Source of the DNA: Alphaproteobacteria bacterium
GTDB taxonomy: Bacteria > Pseudomonadota > Alphaproteobacteria > GCA-2746255
Assembly: GCA_965249135.1 (NCBI GenBank)
Contig: OZ252220.1
Span: 768,001 to 832,000, forward strand
Direction: 5' to 3'
Length of the DNA: 64,000 bases
Program-made: the position numbers and the translations under genes
In this document: in pieces, positions 9,554 through 20,394 of the stretch
Position numbering within the stretch: the first letter of the stretch is position 1
Layout of the letters: every line of letters starts with the position of its first letter
Notes under the pieces: generated by a model
The model's database searches: none
The model's input: the letters and a program-made list of their open reading frames with translations, nothing else
What the model was told of the DNA's origin: nothing

Positions 9554-10495
9554 ATGTCGAAACACATCCCCCTTGCCATCGGCGCCGGCATCCTTGCCGC
9601 CCTGTTTTACGTCTCCGTCCTGACGGGCCGGCAAGAGACCCTTTTCCTCAGTTTTTTCACGCACGCCCCACTTTTTCTCGCCGGCCTCGGGATCGGCTAT
9701 CCGGCGATCAAGATCGCGGCCATCGTGGGCGTCGTCTTCTGCCTGTTGATGGGAGGCGTCTATTACGGCGTCGCCTTCCTGTTGCTGAACGCAGCGCCCG
9801 TCGTCTTGTTGGTCCGCCAAGCCTTGCAGAGCCGGACCGACACCGAGGGCAAGGAGGAATGGTATCCCATCGGGCACCTCGTTAGCTGGGTCGCGGCCAC
9901 CGCCGTCGTGATATTTGTCGCCCTCTTCCTTCTGCTCGCCAGAGACGAGCAGGGCGTTGAAGCGACCATCCGCGACTTTCTTTCGGAAATCCTGACCGTC
10001 TTCCTCGGCAACACGGGCACCGAAACGACGACGGTCGTGGAAGCGATCACGTCCTTCTTCCCGGCCCTCGTGATTGGGTGGTGGTTCTTCATGGTCATCG
10101 TAAACGGGGCGCTGGCCCAAGGCCTTATGGCGCGGTTCAATCGGAACGTTCGGCCATCGCCGGATTTCTCGAAGATGGAACTCCCGGACTGGATGACCTA
10201 TGCGATTGCGCTCACCGCCCTCATGCTCTTCGTGGGCGGGCCGGGAACGCTGGAATTCTTCAGCCGCAACCTCGTTCTTATCCTTTGCATCCCGTTCTTC
10301 CTGCTGGGGCTTGCGGTCATTCACGCGCTTGCAAAAACATCCGCCCAGCCACGTTGGGTGCTGATCCCGTTCTATACGTTGCTTATACTGTTCGGTGGTT
10401 TCGCCGCGATGGCGGTGATCGGGTTCGGATTCGCCGAACAGGTCATCGGCATCCGCCGCCGTCTGCCAAGCTCGGCCAACCGTCTGGAGAAATAG
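9554..10495 (+). CDS. DUF2232/YybS-family integral membrane protein
   Basis: multi-TM protein, GLAVIH motif, position between rpsR and rplI typical of Alphaproteobacteria. Confidence 0.8.
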   Translation: MSKHIPLAIGAGILAALFYVSVLTGRQETLFLSFFTHAPLFLAGLGIGYPAIKIAAIVGVVFCLLMGGVYYGVAFLLLNAAPVVLLVRQALQSRTDTEGKEEWYPIGHLVSWVAATAVVIFVALFLLLARDEQGVEATIRDFLSEILTVFLGNTGTETTTVVEAITSFFPALVIGWWFFMVIVNGALAQGLMARFNRNVRPSPDFSKMELPDWMTYAIALTALMLFVGGPGTLEFFSRNLVLILCIPFFLLGLAVIHALAKTSAQPRWVLIPFYTLLILFGGFAAMAVIGFGFAEQVIGIRRRLPSSANRLEK

Positions 10496-10497
10496 CC

Positions 10498-11136
10498 ATG
10501 CAAGTGATCCTGTTGGAGCGGATCGAGAAACTCGGGCAAATGGGCGACGTGGTGGAGGTGAAGCCTGGCTATGCCAGGAATTTCCTTCTGCCGCAAAAAA
10601 AGGCGCTGCGCGCGACGAAGGAAAACCTTGTCCAATTCGAATCCCAGAAGAAACGGCTTGAGGCGGAAAACCTCGAACAGCGGGAAGAGGCCGAGGCCGT
10701 CGCCAAGAAGATGGACGGGCTTGGCGTCGTCTTGCTTCGCCAGGCAAGCGAATCCGAACAACTCTATGGTTCGGTGAACGCGCGCGACATCCTCGCGGCC
10801 ATCGCGGAAGCCGACTTCACCCTCGATCGAAAGCAGGTATTGCTCGACCACCCGCTCAAGACGCTTGGCGTTCACACGGCCCGCATTGCTCTGCATCCGG
10901 AAGTGATCGTGGAGGTCGCGGTGAACGTTTCCAGATCGGCAGAGGAAGCCAAGCTTCGAACGGCGGGCAAGAAAACGGAACCGGGCCCGGCCGAGAAGGA
11001 GGAAACCCCGGCCCAGAAGGCCGAGGAGGTCTTCGAGGAAAGCGTCCTGGAAGAATTGTCCGCCGAAGCCGAAACGGCGGAAGCCGGGACCATCCCCGCC
11101 GAGGGCGCGGACGAGGAAAAACCGCAAGAATCCTGA
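10498..11136 (+). CDS. rplI: 50S ribosomal protein L9
   Basis: [32 protein letters not shown]; acidic tail. Confidence 0.98.
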   Translation: MQVILLERIEKLGQMGDVVEVKPGYARNFLLPQKKALRATKENLVQFESQKKRLEAENLEQREEAEAVAKKMDGLGVVLLRQASESEQLYGSVNARDILAAIAEADFTLDRKQVLLDHPLKTLGVHTARIALHPEVIVEVAVNVSRSAEEAKLRTAGKKTEPGPAEKEETPAQKAEEVFEESVLEELSAEAETAEAGTIPAEGADEEKPQES

Positions 11137-11305
11137 CCTTATCCATCCCTTTCACGGCCGGGTACGCCGGCCGCCTCCACAATATCCTTTACAAAATAGG
11201 GGCTTTTTTCCCCAGAATATTCGGGTATTCCCTTGCCTTCGAAACCGGGGCGCACGAGATAACCAGGGAAGCAATCGGCAGGAACGGTCAGGGCGGGACT
11301 TCACC

Positions 11306-12533
11306 ATGCCGCTTCGTTTTCTACTGCACCCGTTGATCCGGGTGGGCGCGCTACGGGTCATCGGCGTCACCGGCAAAGTCCAGGAATTCCGCGGAACCCC
11401 GGGTCCGGAAGTGACGATCCGGCTGCACGACCACGCCACCGCATACAAGACCTTCCTGAACCCCGGCCTTTACACGGGCGAAGCCTATATGGACGGGACG
11501 CTCACGATCGAAGACGGAACGATCCGGGATCTGATCGACCTCTACGCGCTTAACCTCGAACGCGTGTCGCCGCGCCTTCTCGATCGGCTCTATCAATCGC
11601 TCCGCCAGGCGTCCCGGACTTTCCAGCAATACAACCCCGTTTCTCATGCGCGCCGGCACGCTGCCCATCACTACGATCTTTCGGGCGCGCTCTACGATCT
11701 CTTCCTGGATGAGGACCGGCAATATTCCTGCGCCTATTTTACCAGCCAAGACGAGAGCCTGGATCACGCCCAGGAGAATAAGAAGCATCATCTCGCCGCG
11801 AAATTGCTGATCGAGCCGGGCATGAAGGTGTTGGACATCGGTTCCGGTTGGGGGGGGCCTGGGGCTTTACCTCGCCGAAACCTGCGGCGCCGACGTAACC
11901 GGGATCACGCTCTCGAAGGAGCAGTATCGGGTTTCGAACGACCGGGCGAAGAAGGCGGGCCTCGAAGACCGGGTGCGTTTTCGCCTCCGCGATTACCGGG
12001 AAGAAGAAGGTGCCTATGATCGCATCGTTTCCGTCGGCATGTTCGAACATGTCGGCGCGCGCTATTACCGCGATTTCTTCGGCAAGGTTGAGCGTTTGCT
12101 GACCGAGGACGGGCTGGCGTTGCTCCATTCCATCGGCCGCAAGGAGCCACCGAGCGCTACAAACCCTTGGATTCGCAAATACATCTTCCCGGGCGGTTAC
12201 ACCCCGGCGCTTTCCGAAGTCATCGCCGAGGTCGAGAAGACCGGACTTTGGATCACGGACATTGAAATCCTTCGCCTGCACTACGCCGAAACCCTCAAAC
12301 GCTGGTACGAGCGCTTTCAGGCGAACCGGGAACGCGCCGCCGCCATCTATGACGAACGCTTCTGCCGGATGTGGGAATTCTACCTGGCCGGCTCGGAAGC
12401 CGCCCTTCGCCATCAGGGTCACATGGTCTTCCAGATGCAGCTCGCCCGCCGTCAGGAGAGCGTGCCCCTTACCCGCGACTACATGACGGATTGGGAGCAC
12501 ACCCAACTCAGGTCCCGCAAGACGGCCGCGTGA
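11306..12533 (+). pseudogene. cfa: cyclopropane-fatty-acyl-phospholipid synthase, +1 frameshift in G8 run (11850-11857)
   Basis: HHYDLS, YSCAYF, VLDIGSGWGG in one frame; DRIVSVGMFEHVG, YIFPGG, HYAETL, RMWEFYL in the next; removing one G restores ...GWGGLGLY. Confidence 0.88.
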
Positions 12534-12637
12534 CCGAAATTACCCCCGAAGTTCACAGGCACTTACGCTTCTGTTCCACAGGCCGGGCCTAATATTTCAT
12601 ATATCTGTGTGCACGCCCTCTTTGCTATGGTGGGCGA

Positions 12638-14134
12638 ATGGAGGCCTCCGGTTCCGATTCGAAAGTCACCCCCTTAAGGGACAAGAACGAGCTAGGCAGG
12701 CTTCGCACCCCGCCGCGCAATTTCGAGGTTGAACAGGCCCTGCTCGGTGCCGTGCTCATGGAGAACCAGGCCTATTTGAAGGTCTCCGATTTTCTTCTCG
12801 TCGAACATTTCGCCAATCCCGTGCACGGTCGCATCTATGCCGCCACCGCCCATCTGATCGAGCGCGGCCAGTTGGCCGATCCGATGACGCTGAAGGCCTA
12901 TTTCGAGCAGGACGACGCGCTTGACGACATCGGCGGCACCGCCTACCTCGCGAGCCTCGCCGCCGCCGCCGTCACCACCTTCAATGCCAAGGACTACGGC
13001 CGGACGATCCATGATCTCTACCTCCGGCGCCAGTTGATCACCTTGGGCGAGGACATGGCCGAGGAGGCCCATCGCCCGGAAATCGAGGTCACCGCCGTCG
13101 ACCAGATCGAACAGGTCGAGCAACAGCTCTACGACCTGGCGACGACCGGACAGGTCGAAGGCGGCTTCGTGGCCTTCAAGGGGCCGCTAACCGAGGCCGT
13201 CAACGCCGCCGAGGCCGCCTTTAAACGCGAAGGCAAGCTCACCGGGGTCGCCACCGGCTTTCTCGACCTCGACAAACTGCTTGGCGGCTTGCACGCCTCC
13301 GACCTGATCGTGCTGGCCGGCCGTCCCTCGATGGGCAAGACGGCGCTAGCGACGAATATCGGCTTCCATGCCGCCAAGGCGCGCGCCAAGGACGCCCGCG
13401 AATTGCCGCTGGACGGTGCCGTCGTCGGTTTTTTCTCCCTCGAAATGTCGTCCGAACAACTGGCCACCCGGATCCTCGCGGAAGAGGCCCAGGTGCCTTC
13501 CGAAAAGATACGGCGCGGCGAGCTTAGCCACACGGATTTCGAGAAGGTGGCCCTGGCCGCTCAGGATCTGGCCAGCGTTCCCTTCTACATCGATGACACG
13601 CCGGCGCTGACCATCGGCGCCCTTCGCACCCGCTCAAGGCGCCTGAAACGCCAGCATGGACTCTCGCTGATCATCGTGGACTACCTTCAGCTTCTCAGCC
13701 CTTCGCACTCGCGCTACGACAACCGGGTGATGGAAATTTCGGAAATCACCCGCGGATTGAAGACGCTCGCCAAGGAACTGAGCGTGCCGGTGCTGGCTCT
13801 TTCCCAACTCTCGCGCGCCGTCGAGCAACGCGAGGACAAGCGGCCGCTATTGTCGGACCTTCGCGAATCAGGCGCCATCGAACAGGACGCGGACGTCGTC
13901 GCCTTCATTTACCGCGAGGAATATTACCTTGAGCGCCAACAGCCGCCGGAATCGATGAAGGACAAGCACGACGAGTGGCTGGAAAAAATGGATGCGGTCC
14001 ACAACGTCGCGGAGATCCTGGTCGCCAAGCAACGCCACGGCCCGACGGGTAAGCTTCGATTACAATTTGAGGGACGCTTCACGAAGTTCGCGAATCTGGA
14101 TTCGGGCGAACGGCCTTCGGATGTCCCCTTCTGA
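12638..14134 (+). CDS. dnaB: replicative DNA helicase
   Basis: AGRPSMGKT, FSLEMS, IVDYLQL, LSQLSRAVE, LRESGAIEQDAD, KQRHGP. Confidence 0.98.
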   Translation: MEASGSDSKVTPLRDKNELGRLRTPPRNFEVEQALLGAVLMENQAYLKVSDFLLVEHFANPVHGRIYAATAHLIERGQLADPMTLKAYFEQDDALDDIGGTAYLASLAAAAVTTFNAKDYGRTIHDLYLRRQLITLGEDMAEEAHRPEIEVTAVDQIEQVEQQLYDLATTGQVEGGFVAFKGPLTEAVNAAEAAFKREGKLTGVATGFLDLDKLLGGLHASDLIVLAGRPSMGKTALATNIGFHAAKARAKDARELPLDGAVVGFFSLEMSSEQLATRILAEEAQVPSEKIRRGELSHTDFEKVALAAQDLASVPFYIDDTPALTIGALRTRSRRLKRQHGLSLIIVDYLQLLSPSHSRYDNRVMEISEITRGLKTLAKELSVPVLALSQLSRAVEQREDKRPLLSDLRESGAIEQDADVVAFIYREEYYLERQQPPESMKDKHDEWLEKMDAVHNVAEILVAKQRHGPTGKLRLQFEGRFTKFANLDSGERPSDVPF

Positions 14135-15215
14135 TCGCGCCGGCGCGCGCCTCACGATCGACCTCGACGCCATCGCGACAAACTATCGGCTGCTTACCAA
14201 ACGGCTCGGACCGGCCGGACTTCATGCCGTCGTAAAGGCGGACGCCTATGGCTTAGGCGTGGAGGCAATTGCAAACGCGCTTGCCGCGCCTGGCTGCCGG
14301 CATTTCTTCGTCGCCACCCTGGAGGAAGGCGTAAGCCTGCGTGCACACCTTCCCGATGCCGAGATCGGGGTCTTCAACGGCCTCCTCAAAGGCGAGGAGA
14401 CCGCCTATGTCGAACACCGGCTCATCCCCTGCTTGAACGACCTCGGCCAGGTCGAGCGCTTCTCGGCGCTCGGCACACCGGCACTGGCCGGGCTGCAGAT
14501 CGACACCGGCATGGCCCGCCTTGGGCTGTCGGCCAAGGACGTGGAGCGCCTGGTCTTGGAACCGGAACGTCTCTCCGGCATTCGGCTTCACTACGTTTTT
14601 TCGCACCTGGCCTGCGCCGATGCGCCGTCGCATCCGAAAAACGCCGAGCAGCTTGACCTCTTTCAAGCGCTCACCCGACGCCTTCCGGCCACGCGTCGGA
14701 GCCTTGCGAATTCGAGCGGCATTTTTTTGGGGCCGGAATACCACTTCGACTTCGCCCGCGCAGGGGCCGCAATCTATGGCCTAAACCCGCAAACCGATCG
14801 TCCCAATCCAATGACACAAGTCATTGTCCTACAAGGTAGAATCCTACAAGTGCGTGACGTTGACACCCCCCAGACCGTTGGCTATGGTGCGACCTACCGC
14901 GCCAGCGGGGTTGGCCGAATCGCCACGGTAGCCGTGGGTTATGCAGACGGTTATCTGCGTACTCTAGGTAATCGTGGCATCTGTTTCGTCGGTGACCGGC
15001 AGGTGCCAGTCATTGGACGTATTTCGATGGATCTGATCACGATCGACGTCACGGAAATTTCACCGCAGCAAATTACGCCCGGCACCTTCGTGGAACTCAT
15101 CGGCCCGCACCATTCCATCGACGCCCTTGCGAGCGAAGCCGGCACGATCGGTTACGAAATCCTGACCCGTCTCGGGCATCGCATCCATCGCAGCTATATC
15201 GGGAAGAACGCGTAA
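14121..15215 (+). CDS. alr: alanine racemase
   Basis: AVVKADAYGLG PLP lysine, DTGMARLG, SHLACAD, GYADG, GRISMD. Confidence 0.96.
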   Translation: MSPSDRAGARLTIDLDAIATNYRLLTKRLGPAGLHAVVKADAYGLGVEAIANALAAPGCRHFFVATLEEGVSLRAHLPDAEIGVFNGLLKGEETAYVEHRLIPCLNDLGQVERFSALGTPALAGLQIDTGMARLGLSAKDVERLVLEPERLSGIRLHYVFSHLACADAPSHPKNAEQLDLFQALTRRLPATRRSLANSSGIFLGPEYHFDFARAGAAIYGLNPQTDRPNPMTQVIVLQGRILQVRDVDTPQTVGYGATYRASGVGRIATVAVGYADGYLRTLGNRGICFVGDRQVPVIGRISMDLITIDVTEISPQQITPGTFVELIGPHHSIDALASEAGTIGYEILTRLGHRIHRSYIGKNA

Positions 15216-15219
15216 GCCC

Positions 15220-15999
15220 ATGGCAATATTCGACGCCCTCGCGCTGCTTGGACGCACCTTCTTAGGTTTCCTGGAGGCGACCGGACGGCTCGCCGTTTTC
15301 GTAGGAAAAGCCTTCTCGCGTGCCTTGCAGCCACCCTTCTATTTCCGCGCCATCGGCCAGCAGATGATCGACATCGGCTACTACTCGCTACCGATCGTCG
15401 GCCTCACCGCCATCTTCGCCGGCATGGTGCTGGCGCTCCAAAGCAACATCGGCCTCGCTCGCTTCGAGGCGGAATCCCAGATCCCTGAGATCATCGCCTT
15501 CTCGATTACCCGGGAATTGGGTCCCGTGCTGGCCGGCCTCATGGTGGCCGGGCGGATCGGGGCGTCGATGGCGGCCGAGATCGGAACGATGCGGGTCACC
15601 GAACAGATCGACGCGCTGGTGACGCTGGCGACGGACCCGTTCAAATACCTGGTCTTCCCCCGCCTGCTGGCCGGCATCGTGACGTTGCCCTTGCTCGTCC
15701 TGGTCGCCGATATCATCGGCATCTTCGGCGGCTTCGTCATCAGCGTTCAAACCTTTGGCTTCAATCCGGCCAACTTCATCTCGAAGGTGTGGGATTACCT
15801 GGTCGTGGACGACGTCATCGACGGCATGGTGAAGTCCTCCGTCTTCGGCTTCATCGTGACATTGATGGGTTGCTACCAGGGGTTCTATTCGCGGGGTGGC
15901 GCCGAAGGGGTCGGCCGGGCGACGACGAACGCGGTCGTTGCCGCCTCCATCCTGATCCTGGTTTCCGATTACTTCCTGTCCGCGCTGATGTTCAATTGA
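15220..15999 (+). CDS. mlaE: MlaE-family ABC permease
   Basis: RELGPVL, AAEIGTMRVTEQIDAL, GGAEGVGRATT. Confidence 0.93.
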   Translation: MAIFDALALLGRTFLGFLEATGRLAVFVGKAFSRALQPPFYFRAIGQQMIDIGYYSLPIVGLTAIFAGMVLALQSNIGLARFEAESQIPEIIAFSITRELGPVLAGLMVAGRIGASMAAEIGTMRVTEQIDALVTLATDPFKYLVFPRLLAGIVTLPLLVLVADIIGIFGGFVISVQTFGFNPANFISKVWDYLVVDDVIDGMVKSSVFGFIVTLMGCYQGFYSRGGAEGVGRATTNAVVAASILILVSDYFLSALMFN

Positions 16000-16778
16000 T
16001 GACAAACGATCAGCCAAAAATCCGGATTCGCAACCTTCACATGGCCTTCGGCTCGAACCGGGTCTTGAGCGGATTGGACCTCGATATCGGGGTCGGCGAA
16101 TCGATCGTCGTGTTCGGCGGCTCCGGCATCGGGAAGTCCGTGCTTGTCAAATGCATCCTCGGTCTTTTGACGCCGGAGCAAGGCAGCATCCAGGTCGACG
16201 GCGTCGAGGTCGTCGGCATGAAGGAAAGCGAACGCGAGGTCATGCTCCGGCAATTCGGCATGCTGTTCCAGGGCGGCGCCCTTTTCGACAGCCTCCGGGT
16301 CTGGGAGAATGTCGCCTTCGGCCTGATCCAGGCCCATGGCATGGCGCGCAAGGAGGCGAAGAAGGTGGCGCTCGAGAAACTCGCCTCCGTCGGGCTCGAC
16401 GAACGGGTAGCGGAACTTGCCCCGGCCGAACTTTCCGGCGGCATGAAGAAACGGGTGGGCCTGGCGCGCGCCATTGCTACCTCTCCAAAAATCATCATCT
16501 TCGACGAACCGACGACCGGGCTCGACCCGATCATGGGCAGCATCATCGACCGCCTCATCGTCCATAGCGTGAAGGAACTTCAGGTGACGGCGCTTTCCAT
16601 CACCCACGACATGGCGAGCGCCCGGCGAATCGCCGACCGGATGGCGATGCTGTACGAAGGCAAGATCATATGGGACGGCCCCGTCGCCGACATCGACACG
16701 GTGGACAACCCTTACGTCGACCAGTTCATCCATGGAAAGGCCGAAGGTCCCATCAAGATGCAGGTTCGGCATCCTTAA
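15999..16778 (+). CDS. mlaF: MlaF-family ABC ATPase
   Basis: GGSGIGKS, LFQGGALFDS, LSGGMKKRV, DEPTTGLDP; ATG overlaps mlaE stop. Confidence 0.93.
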   Translation: MTNDQPKIRIRNLHMAFGSNRVLSGLDLDIGVGESIVVFGGSGIGKSVLVKCILGLLTPEQGSIQVDGVEVVGMKESEREVMLRQFGMLFQGGALFDSLRVWENVAFGLIQAHGMARKEAKKVALEKLASVGLDERVAELAPAELSGGMKKRVGLARAIATSPKIIIFDEPTTGLDPIMGSIIDRLIVHSVKELQVTALSITHDMASARRIADRMAMLYEGKIIWDGPVADIDTVDNPYVDQFIHGKAEGPIKMQVRHP

Positions 16779-16814
16779 GACTTAAATCTCCACCCGCAAC
16801 CGAAGGCGGGAGCA

Positions 16815-18230
16815 TTGGCCCGAAACACGGCCCATTACGTCTGTCAAAACTGTGGCGCCAGCCACCCGAAATGGAGTGGGCGCTGTGACGCCTGCGGCGC
16901 GTGGAATTCGATCCTCGAGGAGGCGCGTTCGCCCACGGTGCCTGGCGGCTTGGGCAAAGGGGGGGCGCGGCGCGGCGCTGCCCGGGTCGACTTCGTCGGC
17001 CTCGAAGGCAGTGAGCCGCCGCTTCCGCGCCTGAAGGCGGGCCTCGATGAATTCGATCGCGTGTCTGGCGGCGGCATGGTGCCGGGGTCCGCCATCCTGG
17101 TCGGCGGCGATCCGGGGATCGGAAAATCCACCCTCCTCCTTCAGGTGGCCGCCGCCGTCGCGAGCCAGGCGCGCGCCGTATACATTTCCGGCGAAGAGGC
17201 GATCGACCAGGTGCGGCTTCGGGCGGAACGGCTGGGCTTGGCCGGCGCCAAGGTCGGCCTGGCGACGGCGACGAACCTTCGCGACATCCTGACCAGTCTC
17301 GACGTGGCCAATGGGCCGAACCTGGTCGTCGTCGATTCGATTCAAACGATGTACGCGGACACCCTCGATTCGGCCCCGGGCACGGTGACCCAGGTGCGCG
17401 CTTGCGCCCAGGAACTCATCCGGCTCGCCAAACGCCGACAGATGACCGTCGTCCTCGTCGGCCACGTCACGAAAGAGGGCATGATCGCCGGCCCCCGCGT
17501 GCTTGAGCACATGGTCGATACCGTCCTTTACTTCGAGGGCGAGCGCGGCCATCAGTTCCGCATCCTGCGTTCCGTGAAGAACCGGTTCGGCCCGACGGAC
17601 GAGATCGGCGTCTTCGAGATGACGGATCGTGGCCTGCTCGAAGTGCCGAACCCTTCCGCGCTGTTCCTTTCCGAACGCCCCGAAGGGGTGAGCGGTGCCG
17701 TCGTCTTCGCCGGCATGGAGGGAACGCGCCCCATGCTGGTCGAGATCCAGGCGCTCGTCGCCCCTTCCTCCTTCGGCACGCCCAGGCGCGCCGTCATCGG
17801 CTGGGACGGGGGACGGCTGGCGATGGTCCTTGCCGTCCTGGAGACGCGCTGCGGGCTCGCGCTCGGTGGACAGGACGTCTATCTGAACGTCGCCGGCGGC
17901 TTGCGCATCACGGAGCCGGCCGCCGACCTTGCCGTGGCGGCGGCCTTGGTGTCTGCCTTTCGGGATGAACCTTTCCCGCAAAGCGCAGTCGTCTTCGGCG
18001 AGATCGGGCTCTCCGGCGAGGTCAGGGCGGTGAGCCAGCGGGACGCCCGCTTGAAGGAAGCAGCGAAGCTCGGCTTCGTTGAAGCCTTCGTGCCGCCGGC
18101 CCGAAAACCGACGAAAGGAACCGGCAAATCGCCGCTTACCCAGAGGGAAATCCGCCACCTGGCCAAGCTTCCGGTGGCCCTTCACCGCAAACGGAGGCAC
18201 CCCGCCAAGCGAGAGAAACTGCATTCGTAA
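16815..18230 (+). CDS. radA: DNA repair protein RadA/Sms
   Basis: CxxC...CxxC zinc finger, GDPGIGKST, KNRFG motif. Confidence 0.97.
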   Translation: MARNTAHYVCQNCGASHPKWSGRCDACGAWNSILEEARSPTVPGGLGKGGARRGAARVDFVGLEGSEPPLPRLKAGLDEFDRVSGGGMVPGSAILVGGDPGIGKSTLLLQVAAAVASQARAVYISGEEAIDQVRLRAERLGLAGAKVGLATATNLRDILTSLDVANGPNLVVVDSIQTMYADTLDSAPGTVTQVRACAQELIRLAKRRQMTVVLVGHVTKEGMIAGPRVLEHMVDTVLYFEGERGHQFRILRSVKNRFGPTDEIGVFEMTDRGLLEVPNPSALFLSERPEGVSGAVVFAGMEGTRPMLVEIQALVAPSSFGTPRRAVIGWDGGRLAMVLAVLETRCGLALGGQDVYLNVAGGLRITEPAADLAVAAALVSAFRDEPFPQSAVVFGEIGLSGEVRAVSQRDARLKEAAKLGFVEAFVPPARKPTKGTGKSPLTQREIRHLAKLPVALHRKRRHPAKREKLHS

Positions 18231-18244
18231 GAAGAGAAAGGACG

Positions 18245-18916
18245 ATGGACGACCTGCCCTTCACAACGATCGATTTTGTCATTCTTGGCACGCTCTTGCT
18301 GTCTGCCCTCTTCGCCTGGGGCCGCGGCCTCGTGCACGAGCTGCTTTCCCTCGTCGCCTGGGTCGGCGCCGCGCTCATTACGATCTACGGGTTCAGCGCA
18401 GCCCGGCCTTTCGCCTACGAGATCCTTGCCATCCCCATCCTGACCGACATCGTGCTCGCCCTCGTGCTTTTCATTGTCTCACTACTTCTTCTCTCGTTCA
18501 TCGCGCGCGCCATTGCGGGACGCGTGAAGGAGAGCAAGCTGAAACCGCTCGACCGTGGGCTCGGCCTCTTCTTCGGTCTGGTGCGGGGCGGCGTCATCGT
18601 TTCGCTGATCTATCTCATGTTCGCCTGGATGGTGCCTTCCGAGGACCATCCCGACTGGTTCGAGCACTCCATGCTTCTACCCTTCGTGGGCCTCGGTGCC
18701 AGCTTCCTTAGCGACTTCGTCCCGGATTCGGAAGAAAAGGAGGGGACGGAGGCGGTGCTGAGGGCAAAAGACCGCGCGCTCGATGCGATCTCGTTGGCGC
18801 CGATTCTCGACATCTTCACGGGCTCGGACCCGAAATCGGCTGATACAGAAGGGAAATCCGGCTATAACAAAAAGGAACGCGGCGCGATGGAACGGCTGAT
18901 CGACAGCCATCAGTAG
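18245..18916 (+). CDS. cvpA: CvpA family membrane protein
   Basis: RGLVHE, DRGLGLFFGLVRG; located between radA and purF. Confidence 0.9.
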   Translation: MDDLPFTTIDFVILGTLLLSALFAWGRGLVHELLSLVAWVGAALITIYGFSAARPFAYEILAIPILTDIVLALVLFIVSLLLLSFIARAIAGRVKESKLKPLDRGLGLFFGLVRGGVIVSLIYLMFAWMVPSEDHPDWFEHSMLLPFVGLGASFLSDFVPDSEEKEGTEAVLRAKDRALDAISLAPILDIFTGSDPKSADTEGKSGYNKKERGAMERLIDSHQ

Positions 18917-18935
18917 TCCCCGGTGGATTGACAAA

Positions 18936-20390
18936 ATGCGTGGGACGAACCCTTTCGAAGACGATCACCTCCACGAAGAGTGCGGGGTCTTTGGCATCTA
19001 CGGCCACGGCGATGCGGCCGCCCATACGGCGCTGGGGCTGCATGCGCTCCAGCATCGTGGCCAGGAAGCGGCCGGAATCGTTAGCTTCGACGGTAAGCAG
19101 TTTCACAATCACCGCGCCCTTGGGCTCGTCAGCGACAATTTCGGAGACAGCAAGGTCATCGACGGCCTCAAGGGCTTCGCCGCGATTGGCCACAACCGCT
19201 ATTCGACGACCGGCGAGACGGTGCTCCGCAACGTCCAGCCGCTGTTTGCCGATTTTGAATCGGGCGGGTTCGCCATCGGCCACAACGGAAACCTGACCAA
19301 TGCGCGCGCGCTGCGCCGTCAACTCGTGCACCGCGGGTGCCTTTTCCAGTCGACGACGGACACGGAAGTCATCGTCCATCTGGTTGCGACTTCTCTCTAT
19401 TCCACCGTCATCGACCGGCTGATCGATGCCCTGAAGCAGGTGGAGGGTGCCTATTCCCTGATCGCGCTTACGAACGAATCCCTGATCGGCGTGCGGGACC
19501 CGCGCGGCGTTCGCCCGCTTGTCATCGGCAAGTTGGACGGCAGCCATATCCTTGCTTCCGAAAGCTGTGCCTTGGATATCATTGGCGCCGAATTCGTCCG
19601 CAACGTGGAAGCCGGAGAAATCGTCGTCATCAACGATTCCGGCCTACACAGCATCCGGCCATTCCTCAAACTGCCGCAACGCTTCTGCATCTTCGAATAC
19701 ATCTACTTTGCCAGGCCCGACAGCGTCGTCGAAGGCACGGACGTTTACGAGACCCGAAAACGCATCGGCGCCGAGCTTGCCCGCGAATGCCCTGTTAATG
19801 CCGACGTCGTCATCCCGGTTCCCGATTCGGGCGTGCCGGCGGCCATCGGGTATGCGGTCGAGGCCGGCCTCCCCTTCGAGTTCGGAATCACCCGAAATCA
19901 CTACGTCGGGCGAACCTTTATCGAGCCGAAGGATCAAATCCGGCACCTTGGCATCAAGCTGAAGCACAACGCGAACGCCCGTTTGATCGACGGCAAGCGC
20001 GTCGTGCTCATCGACGACAGCATCGTGCGCGGCACCACCTCGACGAAGATCGTCGAAATGGTTCGCCAGGCGGGCGCCAGCGAGGTGCATTTGCGAATCG
20101 CCAGCCCGCCGACGGCACATTCCTGTTTCTATGGAGTCGACACGCCGGAGCGCGAAGAACTCCTGGCCGCGCAACACGATCTCAAAGCGATGGCGGCCCT
20201 GATCAAGGTGGACAGCCTTGCCTACATCTCGATCGATGGCCTCTACCGGGCCATGGGTGAGGTGGGCCGGGACATGGAGAAGCCGCAATATTGCGACGCT
20301 TGCTTCACCGGCGATTACCCGATCCGGCTCGCCGATCAGGAGGGCGGAGAATCGACCGCCCAACTTTCGTTGCTTGCCGAACTCGGCTGA
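18936..20390 (+). CDS. purF: amidophosphoribosyltransferase
   Basis: EECGVFG, LQHRGQE, HNGNLTN, DDSIVRGTT, CDACF. Confidence 0.98.
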   Translation: MRGTNPFEDDHLHEECGVFGIYGHGDAAAHTALGLHALQHRGQEAAGIVSFDGKQFHNHRALGLVSDNFGDSKVIDGLKGFAAIGHNRYSTTGETVLRNVQPLFADFESGGFAIGHNGNLTNARALRRQLVHRGCLFQSTTDTEVIVHLVATSLYSTVIDRLIDALKQVEGAYSLIALTNESLIGVRDPRGVRPLVIGKLDGSHILASESCALDIIGAEFVRNVEAGEIVVINDSGLHSIRPFLKLPQRFCIFEYIYFARPDSVVEGTDVYETRKRIGAELARECPVNADVVIPVPDSGVPAAIGYAVEAGLPFEFGITRNHYVGRTFIEPKDQIRHLGIKLKHNANARLIDGKRVVLIDDSIVRGTTSTKIVEMVRQAGASEVHLRIASPPTAHSCFYGVDTPEREELLAAQHDLKAMAALIKVDSLAYISIDGLYRAMGEVGRDMEKPQYCDACFTGDYPIRLADQEGGESTAQLSLLAELG

Positions 20391-20394
20391 TTGC

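Noticed and set aside
9100-11136. Long acidic tails on S6 and L9
   Set aside because: Common in Alphaproteobacteria
12638-14134. Intein in DnaB
   Set aside because: Normal length (498 aa) with contiguous helicase motifs
14121-18916. mlaEF without mlaD between alr and radA
   Set aside because: dnaB-alr-mlaEF-radA-cvpA-purF is ordinary alphaproteobacterial synteny
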